Part shown: positions 33,126-43,596 of the stretch, in pieces | Numbering within the stretch: position 1 is the first letter of the stretch | Layout of the letters: each line of letters begins with the position of its first letter | NCBI GenBank assembly: GCA_963759405.1 | Contig: CAVWZA010000008.1 | Location: 1,722 to 65,721, forward strand | Reading direction: 5' to 3' | DNA from: an uncultured Chloroflexia bacterium | GTDB lineage: Bacteria > Chloroflexota > Limnocylindria > QHBO01 | DNA length: 64,000 nt | Translations under genes and position numbers: made by a program | The notes under the pieces: generated by a model | Told to the model about the DNA's origin: nothing | Databases searched by the model: none | What the model saw: only the letters and a program-made list of their open reading frames with translations

Positions 33126-33809
33126 TCAGGCCCCGTCCTGGGCGGAGAGGTCCTTGTCCTCCATCTCCCACGCATGGTCGAGCGTGTGATACGCGGAGTG
33201 GCGGATGAGGTATGGGAGCGTCCACGACCGCATGGGCCGCTCGACCTGGCCGGCGTTGTACGCGCGCATGGCAGCGACGTAGTCCTCGCGATATTGCCGC
33301 AGGGCATCCGGCGTGAGTGCCCCCTCCTCCGGTATCCGCAATCCGACCCGCCTCGCGAAGTCCTCGCTCTCGTTGCGGATGACGTGGCGGATGATCCGGT
33401 CGCGGTCGCGTCCTCCCCCGCGCGGACCCTTGCGCATCTCCGGTGAGACCCGCGCCGCGACGCCGTCGAAGAACGTCCAGCAGGCTCGCAACAGCGTGAT
33501 CGCGCGGTCCAGCTCCGCGTCGGTCATCGGTCCCTGCTCGGTCGAGGATGGCGCGAAGGAGATGCCCCAGAAGTCGGTCGAGCCAGGGCCGATCCTGTCC
33601 TCCACGATCTCGAGGGGCCCGGCAGCGTCGAAGTCGCGCGCCATGCCGGCCAGGCTCGCGACCGATCGGTAGCGCTCCCGATAGGACTCGAGCGTCTCCA
33701 GGGCAAGCTCGGGGCTCTTCGCGCCCCGTTCCCAGCCCGCCCAGTCGAGGCTGAAGGCCGCGGACTTCTTCCCTTTGGGCCCACGTTCGATGACTGTGCG
33801 GACGGGCAT
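33126..33809 (-). CDS. Hypothetical protein with a DinB-like C-terminal half
   Basis: Intact 227-aa ORF. The C-terminus WTLPYLIRHSAYHTLDHAWEMED is DinB-superfamily-like. The N-terminal roughly 90 aa could be a HicB-like alpha/beta module (weak evidence). Confidence 0.55.
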   Translation of the reverse strand: MPVRTVIERGPKGKKSAAFSLDWAGWERGAKSPELALETLESYRERYRSVASLAGMARDFDAAGPLEIVEDRIGPGSTDFWGISFAPSSTEQGPMTDAELDRAITLLRACWTFFDGVAARVSPEMRKGPRGGGRDRDRIIRHVIRNESEDFARRVGLRIPEEGALTPDALRQYREDYVAAMRAYNAGQVERPMRSWTLPYLIRHSAYHTLDHAWEMEDKDLSAQDGA

Positions 33810-33859
33810 GGCTGAAGTATTGCATCCCAGCCGAGGCCCTCGCGGCTCCCGAGTATCGT

Positions 33860-34534
33860 GTGCCCAGGAGGTTGAGCATGAGCGAGCAGGGCTGGCGGGA
33901 GTTCCTCGCGGCGGACGGCGTCGACGACTGGGTCGTGCTGCACGGCGGAGCGACGACCGTGTTCAAGGTCAAATCCATCGGCGATGCGGCGCGGCTGGCC
34001 GCGGCCGTTGCGGAGATCGACGGCTTCGAGGGATCGGGGGCGTTGCTGACGATCGTCGATGCCTCCCTCACCGTGCGGTTGACCCGTGACCTCTGGCAGC
34101 TCGAATCGCGGCATGTCGACCTGGCGCGGGCCGTCTCGGAGGTCGCATCGGCGCACGGCGCGGTCGCCGACCGCGCATCGGTCCAGGAGGTGCAGCTCGC
34201 GATCGCCGCGAAGCCTGATGCGATGGACGTCGGCTTCTGGCGCGCGGTGCTCGGCTATGCGCCGATGGGCGACGACGCCGGCGGCGACCCGCTCGGACAC
34301 AGCTCGACGGTCTGGATGCAGGGGCTCGAGGAGAGCAAGCCGCTGCGGCACGCCATGCACCTCGACGTATCGGTCGCACGCGAGCACGTCGAGGGACGGC
34401 TGGCGGCGGCGCTCGCCGCGGGCGGACGCGTCGTCCTGGAGAGCCCGGAGCACTGGACGCTCGCCGATCGGGCCGGGAACAAGGTCGACATCACCGCCTG
34501 GCCCGATGGGGCGACCAAGGCGCCTTCCAGCTAG
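33860..34534 (+). CDS. Pterin-4a-carbinolamine dehydratase-like domain fused to a glyoxalase-like (VOC) domain
   Basis: Intact ORF (alternative start ATG 33878). N-terminus GWREFL...DDWVVLHGGATTVFKV...LTVRLT. C-terminus FWRAVLGYAP...HLDVSV...WTLADRAGNKVDI. Confidence 0.6.
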   Translation: MPRRLSMSEQGWREFLAADGVDDWVVLHGGATTVFKVKSIGDAARLAAAVAEIDGFEGSGALLTIVDASLTVRLTRDLWQLESRHVDLARAVSEVASAHGAVADRASVQEVQLAIAAKPDAMDVGFWRAVLGYAPMGDDAGGDPLGHSSTVWMQGLEESKPLRHAMHLDVSVAREHVEGRLAAALAAGGRVVLESPEHWTLADRAGNKVDITAWPDGATKAPSS

Positions 34535-34541
34535 CGCATCG

Positions 34542-35605
<1,064 letters not shown>

Positions 35606-35633
35606 GTTCCGCACATGGAAGGCGACTTCTGAC

Positions 35634-36469
35634 ATGACAGACAAGAAGACCTGGTTCATCACCGGGGCGGGACGCGGGATGGGGGTCGATATCGCGAAGG
35701 CGGCGCTCGCCGCGGGGAACGCGGTCGTGGCGACGGGCCGGGATCCGGAGGCGACGACGAGGGCCATCGGCGAGGCTGACGACCTGCTCGTCGTGCAGCT
35801 CGATGTCACCTCCCCTCCGAGGCCGAAGCTGCCGTCAAGGCTGCGGTGGAGCGATTCGGAAGCATCGACGTCCTCGTCAACAACGCCGGCAACTTCCAGG
35901 CGGGCTTCTTCGAGGAGCTGACGCCCGAGCAGGTCGAGCGACAGCTCACGACGTCGCTGCTCGGGCCGATGCACGTCACCCGCGCCGTTCTGCCGGTGAT
36001 GCGGAAGCAGCGTTCCGGTCACATCATCACGATCTCGTCGAGCGCCGGGCTTGCCGGCCAGGAGTTCTGCACGGCGTATTCCGCCTCCAAGTTCGGCCTC
36101 GAGGGCTGGATGGAGTCGCTGCGGCTTGAGATCGAGCCGTTCGGTATTCACACCACCATCGTCAACCCGGGGTTCTTCCGCACCGAGCTGCTCACCCCGC
36201 AATCGACCACGTACGCTGAAACGGAGATAGACGACTACGCCGAGCGTCGGGTGGCGTACGTCGCGGCGTGGACGGCCCAGAGCGGCCAGCAATCCGGTGA
36301 CCCTGCAAAGCTGGCGGCTGCCCTGGTAGCTGTCGCGCGCGAGGAGCCTCCGATGCGCCGATTCCTCCCCGGCGCGATGGCCACCGCCGAGCAGAAGGTC
36401 GTCGACCTGCAGGCCGACATCGAGGCAAATCGCGGCCGTTTCACTTCGCTTGATGTGGACGAGCCCTAG
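35634..36469 (+). pseudogene. Short-chain dehydrogenase/reductase (classical SDR); frame break near 35812
   Basis: TWFITGAGRGMG (TGxxxGxG) in ORF 35634..35921. NNAG, S...YSASK (YxxxK) and the remainder are in ORF 35846..36469. Confidence 0.9.
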
Positions 36470-36489
36470 GGGACGGGTCGTCCAACCGG

Positions 36490-37604
36490 TCACTCGGCCG
36501 ACGGGCTAAGGTCCTCGGGCAGCCAACCGAGCTCGATGACGCGGCCCATGTCCCACGGGTCGTGCAGGGGATCGTCCGTCTGGAGCTTGTAGCTCCAGTA
36601 GGTCCACGCCACGGCGGGCTCCCAGGCGCGGAGCTGTGCATCGGCGATCGTCCGGAAATATGACGCCCGCTCGCTCGTCGGTCAGCTCGAGCGGCTGCTT
36701 CGACGCGGTGTCGAGGCACCATTCCCCGATCATCACCGGAACGTCCCGCGCGGCCTCGCGGACGCTGCTGGCGAATCGGTCCGCGACGAGGGCGACGTAC
36801 TCGTCCAGCTCGCGATCGCCGCCGGACCACGTGAACATCATCAGGTAGAGGTGCGTGTCGAGGACGACGTTCTCGAAGTCGGGGGCCGTGAAGAAGCCCT
36901 TCCACTCCTCGATCCGGAAGCCGTCGTGGAACACCACCGTCACGTCGGGTGCCTCGGCCCGAATGCGCTGGTAGGCGTCCCGATAGAACTGCTTCAGGAA
37001 TGCCGTCGGGACCGGCTCCGATCCCGCGGCCTCCTCCGGATCGACCGCCGGGTAGCGGGTCGGGATGTCGGCGATGTCCCAGATCTCCTGCGAGATCGGC
37101 TCATTGAGCACCTGCAGGCCCCAGAAGCTCGGGTGGTCCCGGTATCGGCTCGCGAGCCGTTCGAGCACGGATAGCGCGAACTCGACGTTCTCCGGCTTCT
37201 TGTGGAAGGTGCACACGCCGCAGATGCCGCCGTTGTCGAACCCGTTCTGGCTGCCGGGCACGGTGTGCAGGTCGATCAGGACCTTCATGCCCGTGGCGCT
37301 GCGCCCAGGCGAACGCTCGATCGAGATAGTCGATGCAGCCGATGTACGGCGGAACGTCCCCGAAGATGAAGTACGGGACGGGAATGCGCACGAGCTCGAT
37401 CCCGTTCGCGGCGAGGTACACGAAGTCGCGATCGGTGATCCAGGAGTCCCGATGGACCGTGAACCGCTCGCGGGCTGCCGTCTCGCTCAGCTCGCGCCAG
37501 AGGTGCACCTCGTCCTCGGCCGACGTGCCGGCGAAGAGCCCCGGGCTCATCCACTTCTCGAGGACGAGCCAGTTGCCGAGGTTCACGCCCTTCATCGTGC
37601 CCAT
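36490..37604 (-). pseudogene. Glycoside hydrolase family 5 (exo-beta-1,3-glucanase/cellulase-like); two frame breaks (about 37290 and 36668)
   Basis: MKGVNLGNWLVLEKWM..., ...KVLIDLHTVPGSQNGFDNGG..., LQVLNEP (acid/base Glu) and IGEWC (nucleophile Glu). The tail ASYFRTIADAQLRAWEPAVAWTYWSYK...* is in a third frame, stopping at 36490-36492. Confidence 0.8.
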
Positions 37605-37621
37605 GATTATCTCGCCGTCCG

Positions 37622-39218
37622 TCAGGCTTCGCGCCGCAGCTCGTCGAGGTCCAGGTCGCGCTCGACGGCACGCAGGGCGTCGTCGCTGATCTCGCCGCGA
37701 TCGCGGAGGTCCAGGACCGCCAGCCGCTCGGCCGAGATCACCGCCCGGCGGATCTCGTCATGCTCCAGCTCCTCGACCTCCTCGGGGGTCATGTCGTCCG
37801 GCCCGTCCGGCATCGGCTCGTTGCCATCGTCGTGGACGAGGTGCTCGCTGCGGTGCTCGTAGCGCTCCTTGAGCTGGTCGATCAGCGGGAGATGCCCGGG
37901 CACCTCGCTGCGCAGCTCCTCGAGGCGCACGAGCGCCGCGGCGGTGGCCGCAGCTCGCGCGTGCGTCTCCTCGTGTTCGACGGTGCCGTCGTCCACGACC
38001 CCGAGGAACCGGATGAGCCACGGCAGGGTCAGGCCCTGCCCGATGAGCGTCACGAGGATCACGGTGAAGGTGAGGAAGATGACGAGGCCGCGGTCGGGGA
38101 ATGGGACCGGCGTCAGCGGGAGCGCGAGCGCCGCGAACAGGGAGACGGCACCTCGCATGCCGCCCCAGCCGAGGATGAGGGGAACGCGGGCCGGTGGCGC
38201 CGGGTCGCGGCGGGCCACCGATGGGATGAGCCAGCGAGGGAGATACGTGGCGGGATAGATCCAGACCAGCCTGACGACGATCACGGTCAGCGAGACCGCA
38301 ACGGCCGAGGCCGAGGAGCTCACCGGGCTCATAGCTCTCGAGGTCGCTGATCACGGTCGGGAGCTGGAGCCCGATGAGCAGGAATGCCAGCCCGTTGACC
38401 ACGAAGATCACCATCTTCCAGGTCGACGTCCCGAGCAGCCGGGTGTCGGATCGCATGACGCGCGATGCGCGGTAGCCCAGCACGAGGCCGGCCGTGACGG
38501 TGGCCAGGACGCCGGAGACGCCCAGGCGCTCGGCCGGCAGGTAGGCGGTGAACGGGACGATGAGGCTGATGAGCACCTCGACCGGCGGATCCTCGAGCAG
38601 CGAGAGCAGCCAGGACGCCACCCAGCCAACGATCAGCCCCACGACTGCCCCGCCCGCAGCGACGGTGACGAAGCTGAGTGCGGCATCGCCGAGGTCGAAC
38701 GCGCTGCTGCCGACGGCCACCGCCACGGCAAGCCCATAGATGGTGAGCGCCGTGGCGTCGTTCACCAGGCTCTCGCCCTCGAAGATGATGACCAGCCGTC
38801 GCGGCAGGTTGAGCCGGCGGGCGATCGACGTGGCGGCGATGGCGTCCGGCGGCGACACGATGGCGCCGAGCGTGATCGCAACCGGCCACCCGATCTGCGG
38901 CGCCACCGCGATCACGACCGCCGCGACGGCCAGCGTGGTCGTGAAGACGAGGCCGACGGCGAGGAGGGTGATCGGGCGCACGTTGCGCCAGAGCTCGCGT
39001 GGCGACAGGAAGAAGGCCGCCGAGAAGAGAATCGGCGGAAGGAAGACCGCCAGGACCAGCTCCGGATCCAGCTCGACGCGCGGCACGCCGGGCACCAGCC
39101 CGATGCCCAGTCCGGCCACCACCATCAGGATCGGATAGGGGATGCCGATGCGGGCGGCGAGCAGGGTGACCGCCGCAACCACGGCCAGCAGCAGGAGGAT
39201 GAACGTGAACTCTTCCAC
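37622..39218 (-). pseudogene. Na+/H+ antiporter (CPA1/NhaP type) with a C-terminal cytoplasmic domain; frame break near 38300
   Basis: MEEFTFILLLLAVVAAVTLLAARIGIPYPILMVVAGL...GESLVNDATAL in ORF 37758..39218. The rest, from AVAVSLTVIVVRLVWIY...GMRGAVSL, is in ORF 37622..38332. Confidence 0.9.
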
Positions 39219-39367
39219 TGCCGAAAAGCGTCAGCGCGCAGTGCCGTTCCGAGGCCGAATGGGCCACGCTTGACCGATGATCGTACGGCTGGCGATGGCA
39301 GGCGGCCGCGACGACACTTGCCGAGGGGGAATCCACCCTCCTCGTTGATGCAAGGTGCCATTCGCCG

Positions 39368-39969
39368 ATGTCCGTCTCCACCGATCCCACGGTCACCCAC
39401 CGCGAGGATCTTCCGTGGCCGGACGAGCCGCCGGACACGAACCCCGAGCCGGTCCCGTCCACGCCGGTCGCCGTCGAAGCCGCCGCCGGCTTTCCGATCG
39501 GTCGTCTCCGGCGGGCGGATCCGGTGGAGCTGTGGCGATCCGCCGACTTCGCCACCTGGCTGGGCGCGAACCTGGGCGAGCTCGGCGCGCTGATCGGCAT
39601 CGCGCTCACGCCGGCGCCGGCAGGTGCCGCATCGCCAGGCACGGTGGTCGCCACCGATCCGGACGGCGGACAGGTCCGCGTGGTCGTCGAGCTCGGATCG
39701 AGCAGCGACGAGTCGTTCGGGCTCCTCATGCGGCAGCTCGTGGCCAGCGGCGCGAAGACCGCCGTCTGGGTCTGTGCCCGGGCGCAGGACGAGCACCTGA
39801 CGAGCGTGGAGTGGCTCAACCGCGAGATCACCGGCCGGCTCCACGTCGTCGTGGTGGAGGCCGTGCGCATCGACGACTCCGTCCCTGCGCCCATCTTCCG
39901 GCTGGCCCTGCGCGCCGATGACACGCCCCGGCCAGCGTCGTCCCGCCCTACCGGCCGCAAGCGTCAGCT
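39368..39969 (+). CDS. Hypothetical protein with a possible PD-(D/E)xK nuclease-like core; 3' end undefined
   Basis: N-terminal part of the 764-aa ORF 39368..41662. ...VVATDPDGGQVRVVVELGSSSDESFGLLMRQLVASGAKTAVWVCA resembles a D...(D/E)xK-type beta-strand arrangement (NucS/DUF91-like). As given, the frame reads through 39960-40110 into the aminotransferase. Alternative-frame stops lie at about 39917 and 39967. Confidence 0.4.
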
Positions 39970-40111
39970 GATCCGCCCACGGGTCGCCAGGCGCGAGTCC
40001 GTCGCATCACTCGTACTACGGGTCAAGCGAGCCCGAGGCGCCGTCGCGCGGACGCCCCTCCGGCCCACCCGTTGGGCTGCGACCCACGCGGCTCGGTACA
40101 CTGTCGGCCGA

Positions 40112-41318
40112 ATGACGACGCACTCCGCCCCGATGACCCCGCGACCCACGGCCGACTTCCTGAACGACCGCGTGCGGGCCATGCCGCCATCCGGCATCCG
40201 GCGCTTCTTCGACATGCTGGCCGAGATGAAGGACGTGATCAGCCTCACCATCGGTGAGCCCGACTTCACGACGCCCGAGCCGATCACGCGTGCCGCCATC
40301 GCCAGCCTGGAGGCGGGGGAGACCCACTACACCGCCAACGGCGGGATGCTGGAGCTCCGAGAGCTGATCGCCGCCAACCTCAAGGACCGATACGGCGTCA
40401 CCTACGACCCGCGCACCGAGCTGCTGATCACGGTCGGCGCGTCCGAGGGTGTCGACGCCAGCCTGCGCGCGACGCTCAATCCCGGCGACGAGGTCATCTA
40501 CCACGAGCCCTGCTTCGTGGCCTACGCCCCGTGCATCGAGCTTGCCGGCGGCACCGCGGTCGCCGTCAGCACCACCGACGCCACCGACTTCCGCGTCACC
40601 GCCGGCATGATCGAGAGCGCCATCACGCCGAGCACCAAGGCGATCTTCCTCGGCTATCCGAACAATCCCACCGGTGCCGTGCTGGACCGGCCGGAGCTGG
40701 AGGCCATCGCCGAGGTCGCCGAGCGCCACGACCTGCTCGTGCTCAGCGACGAGATCTACGACCGGCTGGTGTACGGCGAGCACGAGCACACCGCCTTCAG
40801 CGCGCTGCCCGACATGCGGGAGCGCACCGTCCTGCTGGGCGGCTTCAGCAAGAGCTACGCGATGACCGGCTGGCGCATCGGCTATGTGGCCGCACCGGCC
40901 GAGCTGATGAGCGGCATCGCCAAGGTGCACCAGTACGGGATCATGTGCGCGCCGACCCCCGCGCAGTTCGCCGCCATCGAGGCGCTGCGCAGCGGCGAGC
41001 CACACGTGCAGGCCATGCGCGCCGAATACGACCGCCGCCGCCGCTACATGACGGATCGCTTCAACCAGATCGGCCTGGCCTGCTTCGAGCCGATGGGTGC
41101 CTTCTACTGCTTCCCGCGCGTGACCGATGCGACCGGCCTGGACGACGGAACGTTCGCCGAGAAGCTGCTCGACCGAGGAGCGCGTCGGCGTCGTGCCCGG
41201 CGCCGCGTTCGGGCCGAGCGGCGCGGGCCACGTCCGGGTCTGCTACGCCACCGCGTTCGAGGAGATCGTCGAGGCAATGGACCGCATCGAGCGGTTCGTC
41301 GATCGCCACCGGGCATGA
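40112..41318 (+). pseudogene. Class I/II pyridoxal-phosphate aminotransferase (aspartate aminotransferase-like); frame break near 41171
   Basis: ATG 40112. PPSGIRRFFDM...LTIGEPDF...YPNNPTG...FSKSYAMTGWRIGY (PLP lysine). The tail TEERVGVVPGAAFG...HVRVCYA...DRHRA* is in ORF 41127..41318. Confidence 0.9.
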
Positions 41319-42086
41319 CGCAGCAGGCCGCCGCCGCCGGCTTCTCCGCCGGGGCGGATGACTACGCCGCCACCATGGCCCCGGCCCTCGCGCCGATGGC
41401 CGCGGAGGTCGTGCGCCGGGCGGCACTGGCACCCACGGAGACCGTGCTCGACGTGGGCACCGGCACCGGGACGGCTGCGGCCATGGCGCGGGGCGAGGGG
41501 CGACGGATCATCGGCCTCGACGCGGCGGCCGGGATGCTCGAGATCGCCCGTCGCGACGTGCCGGACGTCGAATTCATCGAGGCCAACTTCTCCCGCATTC
41601 CCGATGCCGGACGGCGCCGTGGACGTGGTGACGTCGGTCCATGCGCTCCTCTTTGCCGATGATCGCGTCAAGGCGCTGCGCGAGTGGCGGCGGGTCACGC
41701 GCGCCGGCGGTCGGATCTCGCTCTCGGTGCCGGGGCCGGGCAGCCTGGTGCCGAGCGCCGTGTTCGGCGACGTCTACGACCGGTACGGCATCGCCTGGGG
41801 CAATGCCGACTACCCGCTGCCGGCCGACCTGGCAGCGTGGGCCGTCGAGGCCGGTTGGAGCGGGATCGAGGTCGAGGATGACCCGAGCACGGGCATCCCC
41901 CTTGCCGATGAGGCCACGTTTCGCACGTGGCTTCGCGTCGGCCCGCATCGGCAAACGGCGAGCGAGTGGCCGGCCGACCGACGCGAGCAGTTCGCGCGCG
42001 ACCTGATGGCTGCCGCGCCGCGCGACGCCGACGGCGCCTTCTTCCTGCCGTTCGGCACGATCTACCTGACGGCAACCAACCGATGA
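41315..42086 (+). pseudogene. Class I SAM-dependent methyltransferase; frame break near 41596
   Basis: ATGA overlap with the aminotransferase. VLDVGTGTGTAA (motif I), then ...PDGAVDVVTSVHALLFADD...RVTRAGGRISLSV in ORF 41358..42086. Confidence 0.85.
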
Positions 42087-42909
42087 CGAAGCAAGCAATC
42101 CCGGATCTTCTCCGCGTCAAGCCGGGCACGCGGCCGAAGCTTGGCGAAGATCGATCCAGCCTCCACGCCGGGCTTCGATGGCGACAAGGCGGCCGCGGAG
42201 GATCGGCTCAAGGAGCTCCTCGAGGAGCTCGCCGAATTCCAGGAGCGCCTCTGGGCGGAGGCGGGCCAGTCCCTGCTGGTCGTCCTCCAGGCGCTCGACG
42301 CCGGCGGCAAGGATGGGCTCATCCGGAAGGTGATCAGCGCGTTCAACCCGCAGGGCACCCGGGTCACCGGCTTCGGCGTCCCGTCGGAGGAGGAGCTGCG
42401 CCACGACTACCTCTGGCGCGTCCACGCGGCCACGCCGGGCAAGGGGCGCATCGGCGTCTTCAACCGGTCGCACTACGAGGACGTCCTGGTCGTGCGCGTC
42501 AACGAGCTCGTCCCGAAGTCCGTCTGGAAGCACCGGTACGACCAGATCAACGCCTTCGAGGCCGACCCTGGCGGCGAACGACACGCGGATCGTGAAGCTC
42601 TACCTGCACATCAGCCGCGACGAGCAGCGCGAGCGCTTCCTGAAGCGCCTCTCGGACCCCGAGAAGCACTGGAAGTGGTCATCCGCCGATCTCGAGGCGC
42701 GCGAGAAGTGGAAGGACTACCGGGCGGCCTACACCGATGCGCTGGCGCGCTGCTCCACCGATCTGGCGCCATGGTTCATCGTCCCGGCCGATCACAAGTG
42801 GTATCGCGACCTGGCGGCGGCCGAGATCCTGGTCGCCGCAGCCCGGCAGATGAACCCGAAGTGGCCGAAGCCGGAGGAAGACCTCTCGAAGGTCGTCATC
42901 CCCGAGTAG
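42083..42909 (+). pseudogene. Polyphosphate kinase 2 (PPK2) family; two frame breaks (about 42137 and 42560)
   Basis: ATGA overlap with the previous gene. LLVVLQALDAGGKDG (Walker A-like), FNRSHYEDVLVVRV, KLYLHISRDEQRERFLKRL...KHWKWS..D and WFIVPADHKW. Confidence 0.9.
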
Positions 42910-43137
42910 ACCCGCGCCGCGTATCCATGCGCATGAAGCACCGATGGATCGCGATCGCGGCCGTGATGGCCATGCTCGTGCTCGGCCGGCCATGCAGGCC
43001 GGCCGTCGACTCGGCGGTGCGCGGGGAGACTTCAGGCTCGTGCCGAGGGGAGCCATGCGGCCCCGATCGAGCACGAAGCGGCCGAGCCGAGCGCGAGCTC
43101 CACGCCGTACTCGATGGACGACTACTGAGCGAGGGCC

Positions 43138-43554
43138 TCAGGCCGCGTGCTGGAGGCAGGATCGCGCGAACGCGAGCAGGGCCTCGATCGACCCTTCGTC
43201 CATGTCGGAATTGGCCATGAGGTCGATCTTCGGATCCTCCGCGACCAACCGCCAGACCTCCTGGTTTCGGCCCGTGGCCTCGTCGAGCTGCGCATCGGTC
43301 TGGAGGCGCAGGCCACGGATGGAGGCCCACCGATGGACCTGTCCGCGCAGGATCCAGTCGCCCGTCGGACTGGCACCGACCGGAGCGTAGCTGTAGTCGA
43401 GCAGGCCGACGTCGGTGGCCACGAAGACGCGCATCCGCCCGTTGTCAGGGTTGATGCCGACATGAGCCGCGTACTCGTCGGAACCGAGCTCGCCGAGCTG
43501 GCGCTGGATGAGTCCACGCGCTTTCCCGAGGTTGTCCCACTCACCGATCTTCAT
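43138..43554 (-). CDS. Hypothetical protein (138 aa)
   Basis: Intact ORF, 43 nt downstream of the corrected GGDEF-EAL stop on the same strand. No family recognised. Confidence 0.5.
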   Translation of the reverse strand: MKIGEWDNLGKARGLIQRQLGELGSDEYAAHVGINPDNGRMRVFVATDVGLLDYSYAPVGASPTGDWILRGQVHRWASIRGLRLQTDAQLDEATGRNQEVWRLVAEDPKIDLMANSDMDEGSIEALLAFARSCLQHAA

Positions 43555-43596
43555 AGCGCGGCAGCCTAGCAGGCGCGGCGATCGCGCCGCATGCCG

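Noticed and set aside
39368-41662. Single 764-aa ORF fusing a hypothetical protein, an aminotransferase and the start of a methyltransferase
   Set aside because: The aminotransferase has its own ATG (40112), and its true C-terminus and stop are in another frame (41318). The methyltransferase starts with an ATGA overlap at 41315. The connecting peptide is low complexity.
42927-43130. Small ORF starting MRMKHRWIAIAAVMAMLVLG (signal-peptide-like) after PPK2
   Set aside because: After the hydrophobic start, the rest is Arg/Gly/Cys-rich in the given frame. It only terminates sensibly (..YSMDDY*) after an assumed frame change. There is no SD or family support. It may be real but cannot be supported.
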